Shown one piece after another: positions 13,397 through 26,330 of a stretch of DNA of 64,000 bases. The DNA lies in NCBI GenBank assembly GCA_964188305.1, contig OZ076889.1. One strand, written 5' to 3'. Position numbers and translations under genes: made by a program. The notes below the pieces were generated by a model. That model ran no database searches. It worked only from the letters and a program-made list of their open reading frames with translations, and was not told the DNA's origin. Origin of the DNA: Podarcis bocagei. Its lineage: Eukaryota. How positions within the stretch are numbered: the stretch's first letter is position 1; each line of letters begins with the position of its first letter.

Positions 13397-13660
13397 CTTC
13401 ACACATGTTGGAGAGAGCAGGAAGGAGCAGCAGAAAGAGGAAAAGATTTTTTAAAGAAAGATTTAAGAATCACAAATCTGCAGAACCCATGCTAAGATGA
13501 GCCAAAAAAAATCCATGAAAGGTGTGGCTTCTGTGTTTAGTTTGTTGACAAAAGAGCTAATTGAGTCTCCCGGCTACTGAGAGCTCTCCTCAATGACTAT
13601 TTATGTAACACTATTAATTGTGGCATCTGGAAATCAAACAGAACTTAGTGACTTTTAGAG

Positions 13661-13953
13661 CAGGCATGGAATTACTTCAGTCTTACATGGTCTAGAATCT
13701 CCACGGCCATTACAAGTTTTAAATTGATTATTTAAAATTACAATTTTATTGAAGGGTTTCTTAACAATTAAAGACATAACTAATCTGTATTAGAGATCCC
13801 AAGAACAAACCCTTGCTTAATAATATAAAAATTACTTTTGCTCGAGACAGTCAGGCACACTAGTCCACCATCTCAGCAGTATGTGGCCCACTAGAAATTG
13901 GATAGCAGTCCTCCAATGCACTACCAACAACTGACTGCTTTTACCCATCCCTG
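13661..13953. mobile_element. Possible old hAT-type non-autonomous element
   Basis: CAGGCATGG...CCCATCCCTG termini; flanks ttttagag / atgcagag only partly match. Confidence 0.35.
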
Positions 13954-14267
13954 ATGCAGAGGCTGGATATTTATACCACTTATACGGAGAAGAAAAACTA
14001 AGCCAGAGGGTGGTTTTGTTTTGGCATGTCTGGTATATACCTCAAGTGGTTCTGGCAATATATGGCTTTCATGCCATGGAATGCATTCATTCTTATCTTG
14101 ATTTGGCTAGCTAGATGATCACACTGTCTTTTAGATAGGTAAAAATACTGACGTTTAGGCACAGTAGCAGCTACAATGCTTTTCGGGATGTAACTCTTTA
14201 AAAGTAGCTGCCCGATTACATATTTGCATTCAGTTACTCACAGGAACATAGAAAATTGCCTTTTATC

Positions 14268-14655
14268 AGCCTGGTTCACACATAACACCAAATCAAGGCT
14301 AAGTGTGAACAAGCAAGTGTATGGGTAGAGAGAGCAAAAATCACAGCCATTTTCCTCCTCTCCCAGTCCTGCTATTGCACCACTACCCAGAGCTATGCCA
14401 TAGTTTGGCTAAGTGTTAAGTGTGAACCCAGGCCCACAATTTGTCTCATTCCAAACAAACTGTATCAAGGGCTTTTCTTAGCTTAATGTTCGTAGTTTGT
14501 TTGGAGTGAGACAAACCACAGTCTTGAGTTTGTACTTAAAACTAAGCCAAACCATGGCTTAGCTCAGGGTAGAATGGCAGTAGCAGAACCGGGTGAAGAG
14601 TGAAGCAGTTGTGATTTTCAATCTGTGTACCTGCATGCTTGCTTGTTTACTAACC
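14268..14655. mobile_element. Long fold-back (palindromic) non-autonomous DNA element
   Basis: Arms pair throughout, e.g. tttgtctcattccaaacaaact / agtttgtttggagtgagacaaa and gagctatgccatagtttggctaagt / actaagccaaaccatggcttagctc; related copies near 24370-24680 and 40745-41012. Confidence 0.75.
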
Positions 14656-15522
14656 AGCAGTAGCTCTTCACGATTTCAGACAAGACCCCTCCCAGCTCTA
14701 CCTGGAAATACCAGAGACTGAACCTGGAACCTTCTTCATGCAAAAGCATGTGTCTTACTAGTGAGTCAATACCCTTCCCCAAAGGATGGGCATAGACTCA
14801 GTTCTGACCAGCAAAGTCAAACAAATCCAGGATGCCAGACTGAAATTTCAAGTGAGTGTGCGTCCAAACTTCTTCTGCTTTCCGTTCCAAACAAATAAAG
14901 AGACCCTTAGACATTTGAATATGAAACTAAATAGGCTTGATTGGGGTGGGGGGTGGGGAGTGCAGGAGGGATGGGGATGAAAGCAGTACTCAGCTAACTC
15001 CTGCTGCCATGACCAAGGTAAGCGGGGGTGGGGGCACTTACTGGCAAAACCTGAGCATTGCTTTCAGCTTGCCCACCACCACATAGCTTGCCACTGCCTG
15101 TTCCTACCAATTCACTATGTTCAAAGACCCCATTTAGCATGAACTAGGCTGAGTATATCAGTCTAGACTCCGCTGCTTTCTTCAAGGACTGCCTCTCTGG
15201 AAGAGAGGGGCATAAGGTGTCTGCATAAAGTGAAGCTACTTTGCTTATGCATCCCCCTCTTGCAGACAGAAAGTAGCAACATCACAGTGAAGCTTCCACC
15301 GGCAGGCAATCCCTGTGTTATGCACGAAAGGCAAAAATGAAATATTAGGCCCCAGCTTTCTCCCGTTAACAGCAACACAGCTCAAGCACATTACATTTTG
15401 GTCCAATTATGCGTTATTGATGTCTGTTCCATAACAAAACCCAAAGCATGCCAAATGTTAGGCCCCACGTGCATTCAAACAGTCAGCTCTTAAAATTAAC
15501 AGAAAACCAACAGGCTGTGCTA

Positions 15523-15762
<240 letters not shown>

Positions 15763-17157
15763 TCAAAACACATTATTTTCAACCCTGTAGCACAGGCCTT
15801 CCGGGATTCTCTGGGGTCTTGCATAAGCAGCCCAATCCCAGCATCAGCCTTGCTTTCAGCCAGCACAGCTCACAGTCCTGATCTCTTGTCCTCAGTGGCC
15901 ACACAGCATATAACCAAGACAGAAAGCCTTTGATCTATCATAGCAGCAGAACGAAGGGGGTGGGTGGCGGAAGAGAAGAGAGCGAGCCTGCTTGGCAGAG
16001 CAGTGAAAATGCTGAGTCTCTCTGCCAGATGAGCATTTCCACAAAGTCTGTGCGTTTGAATTGTGCATAAAGAAGCAGAATCTGTTTCTCAGTTGTATCT
16101 GCCTACCCGAAGCATACATCAGCATCAATGGATTGAACTCCTATGAGCAACACAAAAGGCTTGCAGGCTAGAGCATCATAACCTGGGAAACTCTTAAAGA
16201 CAATGGTTTGACTTTATGGAGAAACACACAACCATCTGGGCGATATCTACCCCTGAAACTTTAATGCCCAGGATCTGGGGCTCCTGCTGGTCTCAAGGAA
16301 TAAAGGTGTTATTTTTTAAAAGATATATTAATTAAATTGGCAGAGGGAAATATACTCTAATATAAACTTTTTTCCCACCTCTCATACAGAATGACACATA
16401 GAAATCTTGTTGTTCATGCATGGCTTTTTAGAGAAAATGGAATGCGACACAAATATGGGCCATAATTTAGAAAAAGTTTTGCAAAACGTGTCACAAATGC
16501 TCATAATTATCTTCCTATTACAGGCAGGAAATGGGTTAATCCAATGTAAAAAAAAAATTAATGTTAAGATGGAGAATCAATCTCAGTGTCAGAAATTAAC
16601 AGCACTAAATTATCTTAAAATTCAAGAACTCTAGCTGACTGTGGGCCTTAACCACAACCCATTGACATCCATGTACACTGACTCCAACAAGACGAGGCCC
16701 ATTAATTTCAGTGAGAAGAATAATGGCCTGCCCATGATTTCATGGGGAGTTTGTGGCAAAGCCAAGAACAAGATTCTTCTCAAATATTTTTAATCGAGGT
16801 GATTTAAAAGGAAAGCCCAAGAGGCAAAACGAAAGGATTAAATTCAAATGCAAACAGTTTGAATATTATTATTAAAATAATTTATGTAATGATTTTCCTA
16901 AAACATTTATTAAAGATTTGTTTGGAAGTAGTAGTTGTTGTTAATTAAATTTGTATATTGCCCTATACCCGCAGGTCTCAAGGCGGATCACAACATAAAA
17001 TCACAATCTAAAAACACACAGGTAAAATGAGGTGGCCCCTCTATGGGCAGAAAAAGGAGCACAACTACAGCCATTCATTTATTTTATAAACAGAACTGTA
17101 ACAAATGACAATATGTATGAGAGAATAATGTGTGGCCCCTTTCTCACCATAACCCTA

Positions 17158-17314
17158 TGCTGGACAGCTCAGTTGGTAGAGAATAATACACTTAATCTCA
17201 GAGTCATGGGTTTGAGTCTCACGCTGGGCAAAAAGATTCCTGCACTGTAGAGGGTTGGACTAGATGACCCTTGTGGTTCCCTCCAACTCTTCAGTTTTAC
17301 AATGCTATGATTCT
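17158..17314 (+). mobile_element. tRNA-Lys-derived SINE with CR1-type 3' tail
   Basis: Head agctcagttggtagag...cttaatctcagagtcatgggtttgagtctcacgctgggc is a diverged tRNA-Lys(CTT); tail gggttggactagatgaccct...ccaactc...ctatgattct matches the CR1 end at 60527-60587. Confidence 0.85.
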
Positions 17315-18441
17315 TCATACTACCTCTACTAAAATATGTGTACTTCAGCTGGCAGGTAAGATCACATTATGCTTGTATGTTGTACACTGCCTTCTTCTAT
17401 TCTTACGCAAGTGTTGCTTATAAATATTTAAATGGATAAATTTAAGAGGTAGAGAGAGATCCACTGTAGCATAAACCAAGGCGGCCTCAGAGAAGCAGGA
17501 ACTGGCAAAATATGGGAAAGATTCAGAGCCTAAAATATCCATTTTGTCCTCCATCTAATCTTTGAAGCATTTATCTGGTAGCTATCTGAAGAGCAGAATA
17601 GAATACATCATTGAAGAGTACATCAAGGCAAGTCCATTCATTTTCAATTTGGATAAAATTCCTAACTGATGAATCACCAGGCAGTCTGTCTCAGCCAAGG
17701 GGCATCAAAACTGGGAAGAGGCATCCCCTACAGACTGTACTGCAGGCAGACAAGCAAGGAAGGGTGAGTCATTCATGTTAAAAAAAAATATGTGTGTGAG
17801 ATGCACTCTGAGTGGCCTAAGGGTGTGGGACGAGATCCTAAAACGCTCCCATGTAAAAAATCTGTAGCAGTATCACACAGACTAGAGTTTGCTTTTCCCC
17901 CTCCCTTGCTTCCCCACTCCCTGGCAGGCCTTTCTGTGAGCACAGGTTTCTGCCTGTTACATCAGAGCAGTTGAACACTGCCCCATTCACTCAACTTCCA
18001 GGCTGTAAAACAGAAGGAAATTGGGAACGGATTAAGTCATTAGGATCCCCAGGGCATGTTGCTTTCACTTCATAACTCAACAGTCCTCTGTATCTTTCCT
18101 CATGGACTTGTCATTGAGCCCAAGCATCCTTATAGTAGGTTCCGGGAGTCTGGAGGATAACAGATGAGGACAAGGGAGCAGTGAGTAACCAGCAGGTGAA
18201 ATGGCTTCAGCTGCATGGCTTTTCTACAGGCCTACACTGAAATGGAATCTCATAGGCACTGAGAATGGAGTGACTCATGGCTGTGGGACAAGTGGGGATA
18301 AATAGAAGGTACAATGAAGTTTAGGGCCATAGGAATGAGCACTAGAGGCTGCAACAGAATCCAGGAGTGTAAGCACCTGTCCTTAGAAAATGGATTGTCA
18401 GGACATGTTTTTCATGCAACAGAGTAACGAATGCATTAGAG

Positions 18442-18674
18442 CAAGGGTCAGCAAACTTTCAGCAGGGGGGCTGGGTCCACTGTCCCTCAGCCCTTTTTGG
18501 GGGGCGGACTATATTTTGAGGGGGGAAATGAACAGATTCCTATGCCCCACAAATAACCCAGAGATGCATTTTAAATAAAAGGACACATTCTACTCATGTA
18601 AAAACACACTGATTCTGGATTGAGAAGGTGATTGGGCCGGGTCTGGCCCCCGGGCCTTAGTTTGCTGACCCCTG
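18442..18674. mobile_element. hAT-type MITE (233 bp)
   Basis: TIRs CAAGGGTCAGCAAACT / AGTTTGCTGACCCCTG; TSD cATTAGAG / tATTAGAG (7 of 8). Confidence 0.88.
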
Positions 18675-19239
18675 TATTAGAGCATAGCTTTTTGGAATTC
18701 CTAAAACAATTTAGGGATGGAACATGTCATCATATGTGGAGTTCCTGCCACTGGAAGAAGAGCTGGGTTAAAATGGTTGTTTGAATCCTTTAGCTAGTTT
18801 CATTTAAGCTTCTAACAGAAACTTGGACATCACATCCCCTGGTTGCAAGCCTCCAATTCAAGCTAACAAAAATTTATCCTCCTCCCTAGGGTCCTTACTC
18901 ACAAATAAGTTCTAAAGCTGCTTTCCACACCATCAAAAATGTCAGTGCAGGAAACTATGAAAATACACTTGCTTTCCAGAAGGCACCTGCAGACGTAATC
19001 CTCTGGGAAGTTCTCCTGCATAAGCTCTTTTGAAATGAAAGGAAGCTGAGCAAGAATACGGCTGTGCTCTTCTGCAGCTTCCATTTATTTCATTGAGGCT
19101 AGTACATACAAAATTTCCTGTTGGATTGTGCCCTTTGTCTACAATGAGTGAGTCGGTAATGTGGTATCACCATATTCAGTAGTACTGTTTTCATTACTAG
19201 TATGGAAAGAAAGGACCAATATGATAGCCATATTAGATA

Positions 19240-19480
19240 TGATGGTACCTTGGTTCTTGAACTTAATCCATTCTGGAAGTCGGTTCAACTCCCAAAATGT
19301 TCAAAAACCAAGGCACAGCTTCCGATTGGCTGCTGAAGCTTCCTGCACTCAAGCAGAAGTCGCATTGGATGTTTGGCTTCCGAAAAATGTTCGAAAACCG
19401 GAACACTTACTTCTGGGTTTTTGGCGTTCAGGAGCCAATCTGTTCATCAACTAAGCCGTTTGAGAACAAAGGTTCCACTG
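19240..19480. mobile_element. Tc1/mariner (pogo/Tigger-like) MITE
   Basis: tggtaccttggttct...gagaacaaaggttccactg|TA termini related to CAGTGGTACCTCGG. Confidence 0.8.
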
Positions 19481-19600
19481 TATTTAGTTTTGGGGAATAC
19501 AGCAAGCACACCTTAAAATGGCCTTTTGACACATTTCCAAATATAATCTCAGTCATCCACCAAAGGTGCCCTCTTTTTGACACCATTTACTCATTAGGTT

Positions 19601-19681
19601 TTTGAAGACAGACGTGCCTGGCGTGCTCTGGTCCATGGGGTCACGAAGAGTCGGACACGACTAAACAACAACAACACCGAC
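19601..19681 (+). mobile_element. RTE/BovB LINE extreme 3' fragment
   Basis: gcctggcgtgctctggtccatggggtcacgaagagtcggacacgactaaac(aac)n; 12-bp TSD ACTCATTAGGTT at 19589-19600 and 19682-19693. Confidence 0.88.
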
Positions 19682-20599
19682 ACTCATTAGGTTCAGACAG
19701 CAAAGATGGTATGAAGAGAAGCATTCTTGGTGGCTCCCTACTCAAACCAATTACAAACCTTACTCCAATTATAGATTTAACAAAATCCAAACCTGATTGC
19801 TTTATGGTAGCTTTGCGAGGACTTACTGTTTAGGGCTGGACTTTGAGGCTTATATTAGGAAAGAGTGGGGAAATGTCAGTGATTTTTTTAATGTTATGCT
19901 AGCCTGTTGGTGGGTTATTTTTTGTTTTATCCCCCCCTTTTTTAACTCACCCCAAACCTTTGGGAGAAGAGTTATCAGTTTTAATATTCAGATAAAATAC
20001 TGAATATGAGGCACAGTAATGCATGTAATGGAATTATTGTTTTTCAGATATTATCACAGGAAATTGAGTTCAAGTTATGCTTAAAAGATATGAAAGCTTT
20101 GCTAGTTTGCCAGGCCTAACAATGGGCACCGCATTTGTAAAATGGCATAGTCCATTAAATGCACTTCAGTCTTTCTTCCAGCCTTTCTTCTAATAAGCCA
20201 CATTCCTCAAACATCTTTCCCTGATCACCAGGTACTAAAAAAAAAATAAAGTTTCCTTCTGCCTACCAGCTCCCTCTCAGCCTCCCCTGACGTGCTGCTG
20301 CCAGAGTCTGTGGGTTTCTCTGGACACTTTCACTTTTGGAGGTCATCCGCTGCGTACTTTTGATAGAACCAATGAAGTATGAAGCTTATCGGCCCACAGA
20401 TAAAAATCTTAAACACAAAGAAAGTAATTACTGAACCTTACTCTGCCAGTCACTAGCACCCACTGGGCCTTTCCAATCTTTCCTTCTCTCAGAGACGGAG
20501 GCACATAGGGAAGGTTTCCTGTTAGGGTGCAATCCCCAAATCCAACCCTCCCTCTTCCTGCTCCAACCCTATACACCCTTGATCCCTGATCTTTTCCCT

Positions 20600-20830
20600 A
20601 GCGACGGGGTTTGAGTTCCTTAATGCATTTTGTCTGCACTCTGTTTACATTAGACGCAGCTGAGCGGGTGCAGCTACTGGGGTAACAGGCACCGTCACTT
20701 TGATTTATGAGCACATCAAGAGGAGTTTCAGCGTGACACTCCGGACTGACAGGAGCACTTCATTAATCTGACGCCTAGGTTACTCGCTGGCCAATCTTCA
20801 TGTGCTGCCCCCTCATGCAATATCATCTGG
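20600..20830. promoter_or_regulatory. Candidate intronic enhancer / conserved non-coding element
   Basis: 9 CpG in about 190 bp; TGTTTAC (20642), TGATTTATGA (20701), TGACAG (20747); conservation not tested. Confidence 0.5.
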
Positions 20831-22317
20831 TACACTGGGGCAACTGCCAGAGACGAGGCTCTGTCTGAAAGCTTTTCTCCCTCTCAAGTTTTCTGAAAGC
20901 ATAAAAGGAACTAGGTTTGTAAGAACAGGGACAGCTGGTTTCGCATTCCAAATACACTACTAGAAACAACAACATAACATTACTGGCCTGAGTACACTGT
21001 ATACTGCTGTCCACATTGGTTGTGACAGGATTAACTCATACCTGCCAAAATAAAAATGTTGCTCAACTAAAGGAAGCAGCACTTTGCAAGTCAAAACAAA
21101 ACAGGTGCCACAAAATTCAGATGCTCGTCTCAGATTCAGAGTTTTTTCTTATTCTGCTGTCGGCTTGTGGTATGTGTTTGGAGGAGTAACTGTGATTTCT
21201 CAGTTCCTCAATTACTGCACTTATAGACATTTGGGCATGAGGGAATAAAGGTGCTGATTTCAAAAGTGCTGAGTTAATATTATTAGAAACAACTATAGAC
21301 AGGTATAGAACAGATATAGAATAAATTCAATAAATTAGGAAGAAAAGGCCAACTGGGCAATGGGCTCTGAATAGGCAACGTATTCCATGCAAGTGCAGAA
21401 TTTACACCTTGAGAGTCTTAGCTTTGTGTGTGGTTTTTTCCCCCCTAGCCCAAACAGATGTAAAACTAGGCTTGAAAGCATGCATATTATTCTACATAAA
21501 ATATTAGAACCTGGGAAATGCAGAAAAATGTGTAAGAATATACATAAAATTTATGGGTATGATCTAGCTCTAGGCAAAACTCTTTCAACAGAAGAGCTTT
21601 AAGCCTGAGTTTGAGTTCTCCCACTGAAATCAATAGAATTTAAGAGGAGTTATTAACTTCTACTGGATAGTGCTCATAAATAAGCTTGTTTTCTAGTGGC
21701 ATTATGGCCAAGTTGCACATGACACCAAGTTGTGTGTAGTTCTTGCCCCTTCCCCTAAAAACAAAATGCAGCAATGGTGGCAACAATCTGCCTTCACAGA
21801 CCTTCACCTTTTAAACTGTTTCCTCTCCAGGTTTTTTTGGCTGTTGAAAACTGTTCCCTCCCCCCAATATCCTTTTTTCCCCTACAAGGGAAAAGATTTG
21901 AGGTACATTTATTTCTTCCCACTCTGAAAGGAAAAGGGAGCTGGAAGGGGGAATTTTCAACAGAAGGGGGAAAGGTTAAAAGGCTATTCCTGCATTTCTT
22001 CTTTCTGCATAGGTAGATTTTGAAAAAGAAACCCAGCTGGGGGTGAGGAGGAGAATGACATATAATTCAATATGATTTGTAACCTGGCTCTGAATCCCCA
22101 CTCTAAACATTGAGGAAGGGGTATAAATTTAAATCAACCAATAAATAAGCAAACAAACAGACTATTGCCCACATATTTAAAGTTAGAGAAAAAGTAAGTA
22201 ACATCAGCCATACTTTGATCAATAGCATTTTACTGTTTCAGAGATTATCTCAAGCATCATATGACCAAAAAAAGTCACCCCTCCAGATATCAAAACTAGG
22301 TTAAGCACTGGCTATCC

Positions 22318-22320
<3 letters not shown>

Positions 22321-22357
<37 letters not shown>
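22321..22357. repeat. (TA)n microsatellite
   Basis: About 18 perfect TA units. Confidence 0.95.
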
Positions 22358-22360
<3 letters not shown>

Positions 22361-22889
22361 CAGAGGCCAGTCTAAGGGCCTGTTTATACATTACAGCCAA
22401 CACATGGAAACAGTCTGAAATCAGAGAGGTGTGACAGAAAGACTGGTATAACGTTTAGGGGAGAGGAGCAGGAGAGCACCCTGCTTTCATAAGAGCGCTC
22501 TAGAACCTTTAGAGTCTGACCTGAGCATGCATAGCTCCTATTGGGTTCACAGGGAGGTCACAGGTTAATCCTGATATCTGGCCATATGAATAAGGTGGCT
22601 AAATCATAAGGTGACCATGCAGTCCTTAATAATAGTGATTCTGAGCTGCTGATAATTTTGGTTATGCCAGATGGCTTTGTGGTGGAAGCTACTGCAACAG
22701 AGAATGGAAGAAACTAACAATAAATATATTAGAAGCAGCACACATCACCAGTGACACAGCAGGAAGAATCGAAATCTGCTTGGGGGAGTATACAGAACAG
22801 TACTGCTGAGCTAGTGCCTCTATCAATCCAACACTAACTGAAGACCTTGATAAACTTCCATCTTTAATGTAAAGAATGTCGAAGAGTGG

Positions 22890-23150
22890 TGACATGGGAG
22901 AGGCCCTTTTTGGCTGTGGCCCCTCAGCTACAGAATATTCTCCAATCAGGCTTCCCTGACACAGATGATACAGGTTAAGGTCAATTGAGAAAGGTTGTTG
23001 TGGCCCATATACTGCTGCTATTTTGCTGTTGCTGTGATGCTTGAGGTTATTGTTTTGTTAGCATACTGATGGTTGCTACATTTTTAACTCCATATTTTTA
23101 TTTTGTTTGTAAATCACCTAGAAACTATTTTTGAAATAGGCAACTAAATA
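22890..23150 (+). mobile_element. Degenerate L2-like 3' fragment
   Basis: gagaggccctttttggctgtggcccctcagct (RAFxxVAPxL-like), T-rich 3' UTR and ttgtaaatcacctaga tail. Confidence 0.5.
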
Positions 23151-24031
23151 ACGATGATAGTGATTATAATAGTAACAACGATGATGGTGTTAATCACAAT
23201 AATTCAAAACAAGCTGAAATTCATGGTACTTCAGTAAATATTGGGGGAAATAAACTATCAAATATAGCAAAAAATAATAATCCTGGAATTTAGAAACATC
23301 AATATAGCTGAATCATTCTCCACTTGTCCTCGCACAAACCTTTGTGGAAAATGCTAAAATAACTCGTAGCATCTAGAATTTTAATTATCTGGCCCAATCA
23401 CAACACAATTAACTATGCAAATATAAAGCTGAAGAAATTCATTGGAGAAGGGTTAAGAAGGGTTTGAGATATGGACATTTGAATCCTGGAAACTCTATTA
23501 TTCCCTAGAACTAACAGGTAGCCCAGAAATAAGTTCTGCTATTGTGACAAGCAAATCAGATTTTCCAGGTTATCATACACTGCAACGTGTGCTTTCAAGG
23601 CAGCAGCACAACTGCCAAAGAATGCTTTCACAGCACTCAGTATTATGATGTTGATTCTGGCAGGAGTGCTAATAGCAGGGATGCAGCAAATATCTATGAT
23701 TTTTGATTCCTGAAGTGAAAATCATATGTTTGCAGTTGCAGATAAGTGTCTTGAACAAGCAACAGGTTCCCAGACAATTACTGGGGATCCAGGATAATTT
23801 ACTTCTTTTTTAAAAAAGTAAGTCTTTTTTAAAGCATAGTAAAATTTAGCTTGTTTCATAGAATAAGGAAGGACAGTCTGTCCCCCCCCATAGGAAGTTA
23901 CACAATTGACCAGTCTGTTCTTTTAAAGAAGGAATAATGCACCACTCATCTACCATTCCCAGAAGACATTTCTGAAGTTGCCCCCCCCCCCTTATAAACA
24001 AGTTGAACTCACTTTTCTGCAGAAGTGTTCA

Positions 24032-24363
<332 letters not shown>

Positions 24364-24369
24364 TTGCTC

Positions 24370-24680
24370 ATGCACACTGCTGAAATTGAAGGTGCGTCAC
24401 TCCTTCCCCGCTCCTGTTTTCCCAAATAAACCACAAGCAGGAAGCTAAGAACAAACCTTGCTTACAGCCCCTGGCTTGTTTGGAAAGAAAGAAATCGTGA
24501 GCCTGGGTTCAGACTCTAACACTTGGCCAAACCATGGCTTAGCTCCTGGAGCATGGTGGCAGAGTGGGGTAGGAGTGAAACGCCCACCATTTCAGTACCA
24601 TACCCCAGCACACTGAACTTTCACCTTAAAACTCTAGTTTTGCTTAACTATGATTTAAAGCAATATGTGAATGAGGTCAG
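24370..24680. mobile_element. Partial fold-back element related to 14268-14655
   Basis: Shares gccaaaccatggcttagctc and gcctgggttc motifs. Confidence 0.55.
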
Positions 24681-24763
24681 TGTTTGATTTAAAAAAGGGC
24701 AGAGTGATTGAGAGTTACATATCATTACATATCTGGGCCTCACCATTTCCTAAGATGTTAGCA

Positions 24764-24890
24764 CAGGCATAGGCAACCTTTGGCCCTTTGGACTACAATT
24801 CCCATCATCCCTGACCACTGGTCCTGTTAGCTAGGGATCATGGGAGTTGTAGGCCAAAACATCCGGAGGGCCGAAGGTTGCCTATGCCGG
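24764..24890. mobile_element. hAT-type MITE, same core as 11186-11321 in the opposite orientation
   Basis: TIRs CAGGCATAGGCAACCTT / AAGGTTGCCTATGCCGG; perfect TSD TGTTAGCA (24756-24763, 24891-24898). Confidence 0.92.
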
Positions 24891-25879
24891 TGTTAGCACA
24901 TTGACAAGGTGTTACATATATGTTTGGCATTATTTACAATAGCCCCCAAGAAGCAGGTGATTTGAACAGGATCACATAAGGAGTCTGTGGAAGAAAGCTA
25001 TTTATTTCTGTTGTACTTTTAGTATAACAATTTTCTTTACAGCTCATCCATCCTCACGAAGATCATTTGAAGCTCACTGGCACTCCCATTTTATGAATTC
25101 AAATAGAGGTTGAGAAATTAACTTGTTTAAGAAACCCAGTATTCCACTAATATCTCTCTCTTGCTCTGTGAACTGGATTACACTGGCACTTGTAAAATTA
25201 CTTCGGTTTCCCCAGCACTTCACACTAGATTGATATCATGCGGCTAAGGATTGTGACATTATTCGCAAGTATTGCATTGGAATGCTGGGAGATTCAAAAA
25301 CTCCTGAGAATTGTGGGTTTTAAAATGCGAGCCATTTAAACTAGGCTCTTTCTTCCATGCCAGCAACACCCAGAGTAAGGCATGCTTAACTCCACAAGGT
25401 TTGATGTTAAATCATCATTTGTAGAACAGCAGAATCTGGTGGTTGTGCAGGTCACCTTCCTGCTTATGCAAATCTTTTGTTTACAGGGGAAAGAAAAAAA
25501 CAAGGAAAGAAGACAGGGAAATTATTTCCTCCAAAGATTCTTGCAATGGAAACAGATAGCCAAATGTAATATTTTTCTAAAAGGTGTGGCAAATACATGT
25601 AAAAATTTAAAGGAGAATTCCCAGAACTGAAAGAATATGATTCAACAGACTGAATTACATGAGCTCCAGGCTGTAACCTCTTCCTGTCCATCACTACACC
25701 ATCTGGGGCGAGATAAATGGGAAAGAGGGAGAGATAGGAAACTGCGTATTTTCGTGTCCAGTACAACCAGAGACTAACTGGTTTAGAGTTGAAGGAGCTT
25801 ACTTCATTTGAAACAGACATATATTTATCTTACTATATCAAGCAATTTGTCTGTTATTTGGTTATGCATTGTACTGCTT

Positions 25880-26330
25880 CATCATCACTGTCATCATCAC
25901 TGTCATCATCATCATCACCATCATTAAATTTGTTAGTCATTTTATCTTGTCCAGGGTAACCCAAAGCAACTTAGAACCAAAGACACAGACAGACACTACC
26001 ACCACCACCACCCCGCACATAGATAATTAAAACAAAAAGGGGGGAAAGAAATACAATAAAAACAACTTGCCCACTTCTAAAAGACCACAGATAGTTAAAA
26101 GCAAAAGGCCTGGTTATAGAGCAAAGTTTTTGCCTAATGCCTAAAGATATGTTATGATGGTGCCAGGTGAGTCCCCCTGGGTATTCCACAAATTGGGAGG
26201 TCTGCTCTTGTGTTGTCTCCTCTAGGCCTCTCATGGTAGAGGCACATGAAGAAGGACCTCAGATGATGATCACAGGGTCTAGGTCAATTCACATGCAGAG
26301 GGGCAGTCCTTGTCCTGAGCTGTTTAGCAC
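25880..26330 (-). mobile_element. Degenerate L2-like 3' fragment with (TCA)n tail
   Basis: (tca)n then ccagggtaacccaaagcaactta...ttaaaagcaaaaggcctgg...tattccacaaattggg, the reverse of an L2 C-terminus/3' UTR. Confidence 0.55.

Noticed and set aside
14943-14977. G-quadruplex-like G-runs
   Set aside because: Common in vertebrate introns, on the template strand, with no supporting context
15030-15050. Strong minus-strand donor CCA|GTAAGT as a cryptic exon end
   Set aside because: No convincing acceptor or pyrimidine tract at a plausible distance upstream
17158-17230. Functional tRNA-Lys gene
   Set aside because: Multiple stem-breaking substitutions and direct fusion to a CR1 tail show it is a SINE head
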